A stretch of 64,000 nucleotides of DNA from a virus (IMGVR_UViG_3300044266_000349:1-64000); one strand, 5' to 3'; shown: positions 45,601-55,513, counted from the first letter of the stretch. A program made the numbers and translations. Notes: generated by a model not told the origin, from the sequence alone.

Positions 45601-47304
45601 CAAAGAATTGGTAATTTGGAATACTATACATCGTTAAATCTATTGGAACAACAGACACAGGCCTTACAAATCACCGATGCGTATGGTTTGAATCGTTTCA
45701 AGAATGGTATTGTTGTTGATAACTTCTCAGGTTTCGTTGCGGCAGATTCTGCAAGTGATGATTTCTTGGCTTCAATTAATCGCAGAGAAAGAAAAATGGG
45801 ACCAATGCAATTGGTTAAAAATTTCCCACTGAAATCTTTGGATGTCACAACAACTTGGGGTGGGCAATTCTCACCAACAGCACTAGCATCATTAACTTAT
45901 TCCGTTGAGAATGATGGCGTTAATAAAATTTTCTGTTTGCCATACACAACAGCAAATGTTGCATCACAAAAGGTTGCAAGCCGCAGTTTCAATTTGAATC
46001 CGTTTAGTGTGGTAAATCGTAAAGGTGATTTGAGTGTAACTCCGAATATTGGAAAACCAAGCGTAAATATATTACCTGTTGTGCAACCAAACAATCCTGC
46101 TGTTGGCCCGTCAACATCTGGTCAAGATTGCACGGACGAAACATACTGGCAACCAGGTTCTGGATGGGGTGCCGGCGGTGAACTGTATTTTGGTGAATGG
46201 GTGACGCATACAGTTTGTTTACCAAAAAATCCTGTGACAACAGGAGATTGGAAAACTTCCACAACTGGTACACAAACAACTACATCAACCACAACCACAA
46301 ATACACCAACGTATAATTGGAAAGTAACTGGCCAAAATCAATCTAATGGAACAGATAATAATGATGGCACATTTACATCATTTAATAATTATATCAAAGA
46401 TAATTTGGTTAGCAGTTATTTAAATGGTCAACAATTTGGAATCACTGGTGATAATTTACTAATTAATGCACCAGTTTCTGGAACATTAAGTGATGATCCA
46501 TTCGCATTCAAAACTGCGAATCCAATTGATGTAACTGTGACACCGATTTTAGACAATCCTATGGTTGGTCAAACAATTTTTAATGGAAGTAATAATCCAA
46601 TTGGTCAAATATTAGCCACATCTCCAAATGTTGATGGAACTACCACATTACATATTGACATTCACCCTTCAAATTATGGTCTAAATGATGGTGATACGAT
46701 TTATGCTGGTGGTTTTAATTTGAATTCAACATCAACGCATCCTGATACACAGTTTTGGACAGGAAAAATTGCTGGTGTTAAAGACTTTACAACAACAGTG
46801 AACAGTCAACCAACTCCAACATCAGTTACATTGAATAGTCCAAATGTTGCTGATGCGGTACAAAATTTAATTGGTACAGCTACACCACCGACATTGACTT
46901 TCTGGAATCCACAAACTGGTGATTCAACAACAGCAACTGTGACAAATTACAATTCTGGTACACAAGTGGCAACTTTGGACACTAGTGTTACTGTGACTTC
47001 AGGTACATTGTGTTCATTCTCTCCCGTCACAAGCAATTTAGGAATAGTTGCAGGTGTTGCAGTTATTCAACCAGATACCTATACTGCTGGCCCTCTAGTT
47101 ATCAAAGATACTTCAAGTGGCACCAAAGCATTGGCTACAGTGTTCTCTGGCAGCTTTATAAACTCTTCATTACAAACAGATACATCAGCGGCACCAGGTG
47201 GAAAAACATCCGCATTTGCATCGGTTGCTAGTGGACCAACAGATGTTGGAACATTTAATGTGGACACTGGATTTACTTTTGGAAATCTGGACACTATCGC
47301 TTAA
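42640..47304 (+). CDS. large virion structural protein, DUF4815/VrlC-like (N-terminal part)
   Basis: NFNV.PY.DDF...KNYHRVLFKPG.AVQARELTQ.QTILQNQ; APGADR; KRYTM.DI..I..RI.NLEYYTSL; NRFKNG..VDNF. Confidence 0.85.
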   Translation: MLNFNVKPYYDDFDETKNYHRVLFKPGFAVQARELTQAQTILQNQVTKFADHIFAQNSPVSGGQLTVNTNCYYVKLQDTYNGVSVDIQQFKGLLVKNNNGSVLARVIAIADATGGDPPTLVLSYLSGPKFADNDIVYDVNSNLAARALLTGSTGVSSTAHITQGVFYVLGNFVSNIEDTVILSKYSSVPSVRVGLNINETIHDYVDDSSLLDPAVGASNYQAPGADRYMIQLTLETRPIAFGDDQTFIELLRIENGQIVRKVDSSVYSVIDDYFAKRTYDTNGDYVVNDFSLVTKTNDDPTKYTMNIGKGIAYVHGYRIENQSTLGLASNRARDTAAQNNNPVYVDYGSYLYVNNLRGANGSVFDVSTTQAIDLHCVSVANINSTNTATYNATVVSSGYVRGLTFDNYTSQSDANSYTYKAFVNDLQNAVATANAIAGGTNTITLPGTYSTTSNAYLGVTISITAGPSAGDFRTIASYNGATRVATVNSPWTTTPNTASVFALNFALSDAESMVTSNTAHYILSSAALSTTQGRSNGTSSGDAILQNPNVPEMLFHVGMPYVSYLADSSYTATQMFRGITFTSSGSNLVAQLPFGGDYTNVMRHLGTGGTTLSADTVTQNFLVVVTNKGSSNYNVGDLLPWTINSRTVTLNSDGSIATLTGTSADLGGTFTATVIVKAFVSNADNTGHILKRKNLITANTQKVISSSNTAVNNGTYTYIDDTALTSSGQVYIQNAGLVSPGSKQSLYVSDVKKIIKIIDTKNANNTPNVAMLTDSSYDVTRNFIFDNGQRDSFYDHASVKLKVGAPKIQGNMLVLMDYYQHTGGDGYFSVMSYLNSSLPEDYREIGTYTAKSGATYQLRDSLDFRPSRQNGVYSFAFRYSNSGDTQRYGTILPLEDSTFITDYQYYLARKDKLVLSKDRSFQIVEGSSSINPIFPPEPDNSLLIANIIHDPYTGYLPSEAPAGVKPNISIEPIKHKRYTMQDIAAIDQRIGNLEYYTSLNLLEQQTQALQITDAYGLNRFKNGIVVDNFSGFVAADSASDDFLASINRRERKMGPMQLVKNFPLKSLDVTTTWGGQFSPTALASLTYSVENDGVNKIFCLPYTTANVASQKVASRSFNLNPFSVVNRKGDLSVTPNIGKPSVNILPVVQPNNPAVGPSTSGQDCTDETYWQPGSGWGAGGELYFGEWVTHTVCLPKNPVTTGDWKTSTTGTQTTTSTTTTNTPTYNWKVTGQNQSNGTDNNDGTFTSFNNYIKDNLVSSYLNGQQFGITGDNLLINAPVSGTLSDDPFAFKTANPIDVTVTPILDNPMVGQTIFNGSNNPIGQILATSPNVDGTTTLHIDIHPSNYGLNDGDTIYAGGFNLNSTSTHPDTQFWTGKIAGVKDFTTTVNSQPTPTSVTLNSPNVADAVQNLIGTATPPTLTFWNPQTGDSTTATVTNYNSGTQVATLDTSVTVTSGTLCSFSPVTSNLGIVAGVAVIQPDTYTAGPLVIKDTSSGTKALATVFSGSFINSSLQTDTSAAPGGKTSAFASVASGPTDVGTFNVDTGFTFGNLDTIA

Positions 47305-47330
47305 ATAAGAAATAAAACTTGGAGTAAATA

Positions 47331-49016
47331 ATGGCCGATCCATTAGCACAAACGTTTATGATTGACAAAAAGAATTACCCTAATGGGTGTTTCTTGAAGT
47401 CGGTAAAAGTATTTTTCAAAACAAAATCCACAGATAACGATGGTGCCGTTAAATTAAGTATTGTCAATACATTAAACGGATATCCTTCTGGTCAAACATT
47501 GGATTATTCCACTGTTACAGTTTATCCTGCCGATATAAAAGTTTCAGAAACTCCACACTATCTCGATGAAACTACATCTACCACATTTACATTCTCAGCT
47601 CCGGTCTATGTCCAAGCTGGAGTCTTATACGCATTTATATTGCAAACAAATACAAATAAATGTGAAGCTTGGGGTGTAACATTAGGTGATGATGCTCTCA
47701 AATCAACCACAAAAAATCTACCAACAGACCCAACACCTAGTGCGAACACAATCGTTTCAAGCGCACCATATATTGGCTCGTTGTTCCTATCACAGAATGC
47801 TTTGACATGGACCGCTGACCAGAATTCTTGTTTGATGTTTATATTGGAACGTTGTGTGTTCAACACTTCGGCCACACCAAATATTCAGTTTGTTGTTCCC
47901 AAAAAATTACCAGAAATAACATTGGTTGCGGATGCGATTGATCATTTTGCAAATGCAAATACATTGACAAGTGCAACACTACCAATTTCAAACAATAAAA
48001 TAGTGGTGGATGCTTTTAACGTCACCACATCTGATTTTATACCAACAGGTGGTTCAATCAATTATACTTATAGTTCAACATTAGTTGATGGAACACAAAC
48101 CGCAGCCACAAATATTACGCCGGGAAAATATGGAACGGCAATGAATCAAGATATTTTATTGGCAGATGGTAAAGGATCGCGTATTTTAGATCCAAATACG
48201 CACGTTTCATTCTCGTTGTATGCACAAATGTCTACAGCAGATGATGCAATCAGCCCTATGGTATCCGACTCTGCACTTTCAACATATGCAATTCGTAATA
48301 TCATCAATGATTGTGAAATGTCAAATGGAGTTATTACATTAGTTTCTGGTGGAACCGGATACAATGCAAATACAACATCTGTAACAATCTCTGCGCCTAC
48401 AGGAACTGGTGGCGTACAGGCCACAGCTAAGGCTAATGTAGTTGGCGGCGTCGTACAAAGTGTATATGTCACATATGCCGGTTCAGGTTATGTCGAGACC
48501 CCAACAATTACGATTACCGATTCAAGTTCGCCTCCTGGATCAGGTGCTTCTGTCACAGTATTAGGTGAAACATCTAGCCATGGTGGTACTGCTGTGGCCA
48601 AGTATGTAACCAAAAAGATATCATTAGATGTTGCAAACGAATCTGGTGACTTGAATGTTTACTTGACCGCATACAGACCAGTTGGCACAAATATTCATGT
48701 GTACTACAAGATTCAAAACAATAACGACACACAAGTATTTGAAGACGGCAACTGGCAACTCATGACAATGGTACGCAACACATCCACATTGTTCTCGGCC
48801 AATAGATCCGACCTATATGAATATGTGTTTGCACCAGGAACAGGTGGTGTGGATCAAGGTTATGTCACATACACTAGCACAACAGGTAAAAAATACACTA
48901 GTTTCAACCAGTTTGCAATTAAAATTGTCATGAGAACAAATGACAACACTCTAGTACCATTCATTAAAGACTTCAGAACTATCGCATTACCAACTAACGT
49001 CAACACTTCCGTATAA
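47331..49016 (+). CDS. virion structural protein, DUF4815/VrlC-like (C-terminal part)
   Basis: MADPLAQTF.I...G.FL.SV.VFF..K; SLF.SQNA.TWTADQ; F..FAIKIVM. Confidence 0.8.
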   Translation: MADPLAQTFMIDKKNYPNGCFLKSVKVFFKTKSTDNDGAVKLSIVNTLNGYPSGQTLDYSTVTVYPADIKVSETPHYLDETTSTTFTFSAPVYVQAGVLYAFILQTNTNKCEAWGVTLGDDALKSTTKNLPTDPTPSANTIVSSAPYIGSLFLSQNALTWTADQNSCLMFILERCVFNTSATPNIQFVVPKKLPEITLVADAIDHFANANTLTSATLPISNNKIVVDAFNVTTSDFIPTGGSINYTYSSTLVDGTQTAATNITPGKYGTAMNQDILLADGKGSRILDPNTHVSFSLYAQMSTADDAISPMVSDSALSTYAIRNIINDCEMSNGVITLVSGGTGYNANTTSVTISAPTGTGGVQATAKANVVGGVVQSVYVTYAGSGYVETPTITITDSSSPPGSGASVTVLGETSSHGGTAVAKYVTKKISLDVANESGDLNVYLTAYRPVGTNIHVYYKIQNNNDTQVFEDGNWQLMTMVRNTSTLFSANRSDLYEYVFAPGTGGVDQGYVTYTSTTGKKYTSFNQFAIKIVMRTNDNTLVPFIKDFRTIALPTNVNTSV

Positions 49017-49018
49017 TC

Positions 49019-49249
49019 ATGGCTATCGTACAGATTCCAGGAACAAATTTATATAGAGACACTAACTCCATGGCTCTTATTAATAAGGATAAAACTGGTC
49101 AAGAAGATTATAAAATGAAGAGAAGATTGTTGGAGACTCAGGCACAAGAAATAAATAAAGTAAAATCGGAAATAAATGACATCAAACAAGACTTATCCGA
49201 AATAAAGTCTTTGATGTTAAGACTACTTGACAAGGGTTCAAATGGCTAA
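49019..49249 (+). CDS. small coiled-coil protein
   Basis: L.RD.NS.A.IN...Y...K; usually follows VrlC-like genes. Confidence 0.75.
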   Translation: MAIVQIPGTNLYRDTNSMALINKDKTGQEDYKMKRRLLETQAQEINKVKSEINDIKQDLSEIKSLMLRLLDKGSNG

Positions 49250-52200
49250 TACAGTACCAATTCTTAGTTACGCCAACACGTTTAGTGATTGGTTCGTTAC
49301 AACCAATGCGTTGTCACAAGAGAATAATATCCTTGGTAAAGGCGATTACACCAAGGATTCTGGTACTTTGTACCTAAGTGAGACAACACAAAACGCATTA
49401 CAAGCCAATGGTAATATTGTCGTACAAAAACAACTTCTTGTTCAAGGCCTAGGATCTTCTGCAACCATTCAAAATAACCTGACCGTTGGTGGTCAAGTAT
49501 ATTTTACAAATAATACATTAAGTCTTGTTGCTTCCGGTCAAGCTAACGTTTCTGGTCCAATTTATGCCCTGTCACCAAATACAGGTTTAATTGTTGCAAA
49601 CAACGCAACAATTTCTGGCAATCTTGTAACTGTTGGTTCTGGTGTATTTTCAAGTAATGTTTCTGTTGGCACATGGATGAATGTTGGTGCAAACTCCGTA
49701 TTTACGGGACCTATGGTTGCGTCACAATCAGTAACTACACCAAATCTAATCGCATCAGCAATCAGTTCCACTGGCACTGCAACAGTCGATAAAGTTCAAG
49801 CCAATACAAGTATAACTTCTGGAACAATCAACGCAAATACAGTTCTTAATGCAGCAAATGTGGTCGCTGGAACCATAAGTTCTGGTGGTACCGCAACAGT
49901 CAATCGTTTAGAAGCTAATTCTAGTTTGCAAACAGCAGTTCTGGTTTCAAATACGAGTGTACAAACATCCATATTTGTTGCAAACAATAGTGTTACCACA
50001 AATACCGTTACTGCGAACACATTAATTAGTGCACCAAACGTAATTGCTGGTGCCATTAGTTCTTCTGGTACAGCCACGGTTAATAATCTACAAGCTAATA
50101 CCTCGGTATCGACCGGCACAATTACAGCCAATACACTCATCAGTTCTCCAAATGTTATTGCTACTGCAATTAGTGGCTCTAGTGTGGATTATAGTTTAAT
50201 TACAGCCAACACTAGAGTTTCTACAGCCAATTTAATTGCTGGTGCCATCAGTTCTTCTGGTACAGCCACGGTTAATAATTTACAATCTAATACCTCGGTA
50301 TTGACTGCCACAATTACCGCAAACACTTTAATTACTTCTCCAAATGTTATTGCTACTACAATTAGTGGCTCTAGTGTAGATTATAGTTTAATTACAGCCA
50401 ACACATTAGTCACCACAACCAATTTAATTGCTGGTGCCATCAGTTCTTCTGGTACAGCCACGGTTAATAGAGTGCAAGCAAATTCAAGTATTCAAACCGC
50501 AGTTTTGGTTTCTAATACAAGTATACAAACAGCTGCACTAATTGCAAACAATAGCGTTTTGGCCAATACACTAACAGCCAATACACTAATCAGTGCGCCA
50601 AATATTACTACAACAGTAATCAGTTCTAGTGGTGCGGCCACATTCAACAGTGTGCAGTCGAACACATCCGTACTCACAGGCACACTTCAATCTAATACAT
50701 CCGTATTGACGGGTGTTTTAACTGCCAATACATCCGTACTCACAGGTACATTACAGTCAAATACTTCTGTATTGACTGGTACTGTAACCGCCAACACATT
50801 AGTCACCACAGCCAACTTAATTGCTGGTGCCATTAGTTCTTCTGGTACAGTTACAGTTAATAATCTACAAGCTAATACATCCATATCATCACCTAATATT
50901 CTTGGCACATCAGCCAGTTGGTCTGGATCATTATTTGCAAATACGATTCAAGCCAATAGTACCATTAATGTAATTAGTTCTGTACAAAAAGATAATGCGG
51001 TAACAGTTAATATTACCACAGCTAATACATCTAATGCTACTGGTCAAGTTTCTAGAGCAATATTGAATGTGTCAGGTCCATTAACAAATAGTAATGTATC
51101 ATATGCTACAGTAACTATTCTAGCCAATCAAGCTTCATTAATTGTTTCGAATGGTACCAATACATTAACATTAACGCCAACATTAGCTTCATCAGATAAG
51201 TTACAAGCTAACACCAGTGTATTAACTGGTACGTTGACCGCAAATACACTAGTCACCGCACCAAATCTGGTGGCTACTGCCATCAGTTCTAGTGGTACAG
51301 CCACAGTCGATAAGTTACAAGCTAACACTAGTGTATTAACGGGCACGATTCAATCCAACACCAGCATATTAACTGGTACAATAACTGCCAATACTCTGAT
51401 CACTTCGCCCAATTTCACCGGCACATCAGCTAGTTGGTCTGGATCATTATTTGCAAACACTGTACAATCAAACAGTACCATTAACGTAATTAGTTCTACA
51501 CAAAAAGATAATGCCGTAACAATTAATATCACTTCATCGAACGTTGCCTATCCGGGGTTAACTGGTGGAGTATCGAATACTGGTTTGGTTTCCAGATCAG
51601 TTCTAAACATAACAGGCCCATTAACTAATGCTAACGTATCATATTCTACAGTAACAGTGCAAGCTAATATAGCTTCTGTTATCGTGTCGAACGGTACCAA
51701 CACATTAACATTAACACCAACAAATGTACTCACTGATACAGTTCAATCGAATACCAGTGTATTAACTGGTACAATAACTGCTAATACGAGTGTATTAACT
51801 GGAACAATTCAGTCAAATACCAGTGTATTAACTGGTACAATAACTGCTAATACATTAGTAACGACACCCAATTTAATTGCTGGTGTTATTAGTTCTAGTG
51901 GTACAGCTACAGTTGATAAGTTACAAGCTAACACCAGTGTATTAACTGGTACAATAACTGCAAATACATTTAATGCGAATAGTACAATCAATGTTATTGG
52001 TTCGACACAAGCCTATAATACTGTAACAATTAATATCACAACCGCAAACACTCAATTCCCTAGCCCTGTTGGCGGTGGTAATACAGGTTTAGTTTCCAGA
52101 GCATTCTTAAATCTAATTGGACCATTAACTGGCGGCAATACTTCTATTGCAACATTTACGGTACAGGCAAATCAGGCATCAATCGTTGTTTCAAATACAA

Positions 52201-52907
52201 CAAGCACATTAACATTAACACCAACAGCAATGACTGGAAGTGCTGTTGATGCAACACTGAAATCCCTGGTTACATCGGGTTCAGTACAAGTTGGTGGCAA
52301 TTTCATTCTTACTGGTACTACAATTTATGCAACCAACACATTCACACTGAATGCTGGTGCGGCAGCCAATTCGAATAACTTCTTTAGTGTTGATCGCACA
52401 AATTCACCCGGCGCATCTAATGCATCTATCCGTTGGAATGAAACAGATAAATATTGGGACATTAAAGATGTGACTTTGGGTGGTTCAAATTCATATTATA
52501 GAATTATTACCGACCAAAGTGGTACACCAGGAACTGCTGTTACATTAAAAGGTTATATTCAGGCGAATGGTTTTGTTTCAACACAAAATACAGTTACGAC
52601 AGTTGGTGGTGCAAATACAAATGTTTATTTGAATTTGGCTCTGTATGATAATTTTACAATTTCACCAACATCAAATATGACTTTTATTTTGCAAAACGTA
52701 GGTTCAAAAATTGGTAGTTCTGGAGTTATCACAATTAAACAAGACGCTAGTGGTGGTAGATTCTTTACGAAGGCCACCGAAATGAAGACCCCTTTGGGTG
52801 GTGCAACTATCACACAAATTACTACAGGTAATAGCTTGTCGATGTTATCTTATTTTGTATACGATACTAATACCGTTCTAATAAATTATATTGGTAACTT
52901 TGCATGA
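49242..52907 (+). CDS. long Asn/Thr/Ala-rich repeat fibre protein
   Basis: MANT..ILS.ANTF..W..TN N-terminus; many ITANTLI/SSGTATV/NTSVLTGT repeats; compact C-terminal domain. Confidence 0.8.
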   Translation: MANTVPILSYANTFSDWFVTTNALSQENNILGKGDYTKDSGTLYLSETTQNALQANGNIVVQKQLLVQGLGSSATIQNNLTVGGQVYFTNNTLSLVASGQANVSGPIYALSPNTGLIVANNATISGNLVTVGSGVFSSNVSVGTWMNVGANSVFTGPMVASQSVTTPNLIASAISSTGTATVDKVQANTSITSGTINANTVLNAANVVAGTISSGGTATVNRLEANSSLQTAVLVSNTSVQTSIFVANNSVTTNTVTANTLISAPNVIAGAISSSGTATVNNLQANTSVSTGTITANTLISSPNVIATAISGSSVDYSLITANTRVSTANLIAGAISSSGTATVNNLQSNTSVLTATITANTLITSPNVIATTISGSSVDYSLITANTLVTTTNLIAGAISSSGTATVNRVQANSSIQTAVLVSNTSIQTAALIANNSVLANTLTANTLISAPNITTTVISSSGAATFNSVQSNTSVLTGTLQSNTSVLTGVLTANTSVLTGTLQSNTSVLTGTVTANTLVTTANLIAGAISSSGTVTVNNLQANTSISSPNILGTSASWSGSLFANTIQANSTINVISSVQKDNAVTVNITTANTSNATGQVSRAILNVSGPLTNSNVSYATVTILANQASLIVSNGTNTLTLTPTLASSDKLQANTSVLTGTLTANTLVTAPNLVATAISSSGTATVDKLQANTSVLTGTIQSNTSILTGTITANTLITSPNFTGTSASWSGSLFANTVQSNSTINVISSTQKDNAVTINITSSNVAYPGLTGGVSNTGLVSRSVLNITGPLTNANVSYSTVTVQANIASVIVSNGTNTLTLTPTNVLTDTVQSNTSVLTGTITANTSVLTGTIQSNTSVLTGTITANTLVTTPNLIAGVISSSGTATVDKLQANTSVLTGTITANTFNANSTINVIGSTQAYNTVTINITTANTQFPSPVGGGNTGLVSRAFLNLIGPLTGGNTSIATFTVQANQASIVVSNTTSTLTLTPTAMTGSAVDATLKSLVTSGSVQVGGNFILTGTTIYATNTFTLNAGAAANSNNFFSVDRTNSPGASNASIRWNETDKYWDIKDVTLGGSNSYYRIITDQSGTPGTAVTLKGYIQANGFVSTQNTVTTVGGANTNVYLNLALYDNFTISPTSNMTFILQNVGSKIGSSGVITIKQDASGGRFFTKATEMKTPLGGATITQITTGNSLSMLSYFVYDTNTVLINYIGNFA

Positions 52908-55513
52908 TCAACGCTGGGTTTTTTGGTGTCTTTGATTGGAGTACAGATGTAACCACATCGCGGACAACCACTACTGTATGGAATACAAGTAGAAGTACCA
53001 CAACCACTTGGAACACTAGTCAATCCACAACCACAACCTGGTCAACTAGCCAATCTACCAGTCAAAGTACAACTCCATCTGGAAGCACTAGTCAGTCCAC
53101 AACTCAATCTACAAATACTACTTGGAACACTAGTCAATCCACAACCACGACCTGGTCAACTAGTCAATCTACTAGCCAAAGCACTACTACAACCTGGTCA
53201 ACTAGCCAATCTACTAGTCAAAGTACAACAACTAGTTGGAATACAAGCCAAAGCACTACTACAACGTGGAGTACAAGTCTGTCCACTAGTATGAGTACAT
53301 TAACAACTTGGACCACAAGTCAATCAACAACAAAATCTACAATTACATCGTGGAATACTAGTAGAAGTACAAGTCAAAGTACAATTACTTCCTGGGTCAC
53401 CAGCCAAAGCACCACCACAACTTGGACCACTAGCCAATCTACTAGTCAAAGCACAACCACAACCTGGTCAACTAGTCAATCCACCAGCCAAAGTACAACA
53501 ACTAGTTGGAATACAAGCCAAAGCACCACCACAACTTGGACCACTAGCCAATCTACTAGTCAAAGCACAACCACAACCTGGTCAACTAGTCAATCCACCA
53601 GCCAAAGTACAACAACTAGTTGGAATACAAGCCAAAGCACTACTACAACCTGGTCAACTAGTCAATCCACCAGCCAAAGTACAACAACTAGTTGGAATAC
53701 AAGCCAAAGTACAAACCAGAACACCACAACTTCATGGAATACTAGTAGATCAACGACAGTTTCAACATCAAGTAGTTGGAGTACAACTCAAAGTACGACT
53801 ACAAATTGGAATACAAGCCAATCTACTAACCAAAGTACCACAACTAGTTGGAATACCAGCCGTTCTACATCAACAACAGCGACAACAAGTAGAAGTACCA
53901 GCCAAAGTACCACCACAACTTGGACCACAAGTTGGAATACAACAAGAAGTACCACAACTAGTTGGAATACCAGCCGTTCTACATCAACAACAGCGACAAC
54001 AAGTAGAAGTACCAGCCAAAGTACCACCACAACTTGGACCACAAGTTGGAATACAACTCGTGCAACGACTACTAGTTGGAACACAAGTCAATCCACAACT
54101 ACAAGTTGGAATACTAGTGTATCGACCAATAGAAGTACAACCACAAACTGGACGACCAGTTGGAATACTAGCACACTTATTGTATTAATTACAGAAAGAA
54201 TAACACAATTTGGTATTGATGTATATTTAACTTCTTACGAAACTTCATATAGTTCGGTTTTTTCAACTAATGTGTCTACTAGTCAGTCCACATCTACAAC
54301 CTGGACTACCACCTGGTCTACAAGCCAAAGCACTACTACAACTTGGGCTACCAGTCAGTCCACAACCACAACCTGGTCTACAAGCCAATCCACCACACAA
54401 AGCACCACTACAACTTGGACAACTTCTTGGTCGACCTCATCAACCTGGACTACCACCTGGTCTACAAGCCAAAGCACCACTACAACCTGGTCTACAAGCC
54501 AATCCACCAGTCAATCTACAACCACAACTTGGACAACTTCTTGGTCGACCTCATCAACCTGGACTACCACCTGGTCTACAAGCCAAAGCACCACTACTAC
54601 TTGGACCACCAGTTGGAATACAACAAGAAGTACAGTTACAACTTGGAACACTTCAACAACAGCCAATACAACTTGGACTACAACCTGGTCCACCAGCCAA
54701 AGCACCACTACTACTTGGACGACCACTTGGTCCACCAGCCAAAGCACCACTACAACCTGGACCACAAGTTGGAACACCAGCCAAAGTACCACTACAACCT
54801 GGTCCACCAGCCAAAGTACAACCACAACCTGGACCACCAGTTGGGATACAACAAAAAGTACAGTTACAACCTGGACTACCAGTTGGAACACAAGTCAAAG
54901 CACCACCACAACTTGGACCACTAGCCAAAGCACCATTACAACCTGGACCACCAGTTGGAATACAAGTAAAAGCACAACAACTCTTTGGATAACAGGTTGG
55001 TCTACAAGTCAAAGTACAACCACAACTTGGACTACCAATCAGTCTACCGTAACTTCGTGGTCAACAACTTGGGCTACAACACAAGTTACTACAACCACCT
55101 GGACCACAAGTTGGAGTACAAATTCTTCAACAACAACTGTATGGATAACAACTTGGTCCACCAGCCAAAGTACCACTACAACCTGGTCCACCAGCCAAAG
55201 TACCACCACAACTTGGACCACTAGTTGGAATACAACTCAGAGTACCACTACAACTTGGACGACTAGCTGGAATACAAGTCAGAGCACAACAACAGTATGG
55301 AGTACCAGTCGCTCTACAACTACCACATGGACAACCACATGGACAACTAGTTTTTCAACATTAACCACATGGACAACTAATTGGTCAACAAGTGCATCAA
55401 CAACAACAACGTGGTCAACCAGCATTACTACAACTACAACTTGGAATACAAGTACAATTACAATCACTTCTTGGACAACACAAAGGATTACAAACTACTA
55501 CCAAGGATATTAA
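52904..55513 (+). CDS. Thr/Ser/Trp low-complexity repeat protein
   Basis: 869-aa uninterrupted ORF of (W-[S/N/T]-TSQSTTTT)n-type repeats with degenerate synonymous codons. Confidence 0.85.
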   Translation: MINAGFFGVFDWSTDVTTSRTTTTVWNTSRSTTTTWNTSQSTTTTWSTSQSTSQSTTPSGSTSQSTTQSTNTTWNTSQSTTTTWSTSQSTSQSTTTTWSTSQSTSQSTTTSWNTSQSTTTTWSTSLSTSMSTLTTWTTSQSTTKSTITSWNTSRSTSQSTITSWVTSQSTTTTWTTSQSTSQSTTTTWSTSQSTSQSTTTSWNTSQSTTTTWTTSQSTSQSTTTTWSTSQSTSQSTTTSWNTSQSTTTTWSTSQSTSQSTTTSWNTSQSTNQNTTTSWNTSRSTTVSTSSSWSTTQSTTTNWNTSQSTNQSTTTSWNTSRSTSTTATTSRSTSQSTTTTWTTSWNTTRSTTTSWNTSRSTSTTATTSRSTSQSTTTTWTTSWNTTRATTTSWNTSQSTTTSWNTSVSTNRSTTTNWTTSWNTSTLIVLITERITQFGIDVYLTSYETSYSSVFSTNVSTSQSTSTTWTTTWSTSQSTTTTWATSQSTTTTWSTSQSTTQSTTTTWTTSWSTSSTWTTTWSTSQSTTTTWSTSQSTSQSTTTTWTTSWSTSSTWTTTWSTSQSTTTTWTTSWNTTRSTVTTWNTSTTANTTWTTTWSTSQSTTTTWTTTWSTSQSTTTTWTTSWNTSQSTTTTWSTSQSTTTTWTTSWDTTKSTVTTWTTSWNTSQSTTTTWTTSQSTITTWTTSWNTSKSTTTLWITGWSTSQSTTTTWTTNQSTVTSWSTTWATTQVTTTTWTTSWSTNSSTTTVWITTWSTSQSTTTTWSTSQSTTTTWTTSWNTTQSTTTTWTTSWNTSQSTTTVWSTSRSTTTTWTTTWTTSFSTLTTWTTNWSTSASTTTTWSTSITTTTTWNTSTITITSWTTQRITNYYQGY
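52940..55480 (+). repeat. degenerate 30-nt/12-nt coding tandem repeats
   Basis: recurring units such as ACCTGGTCAACTAGCCAAAGCACCACCACA; exact duplication with 114-nt period at 53834 and 53948. Confidence 0.9.

Noticed and set aside
42640-49016. Pseudogene from a nonsense mutation
   Set aside because: Second part has its own late promoter motif, SD and ATG, and both frames are long and intact
53788-55467. Alternative-frame and antisense ORFs (poly-V/Q, LQPG, HHYNL types)
   Set aside because: By-products of the repeat gene's codon pattern; no SD or promoter
52940-55480. CRISPR array or non-coding satellite
   Set aside because: Repeats are contiguous, degenerate, in multiples of 3 within one open frame, and have no unique spacers
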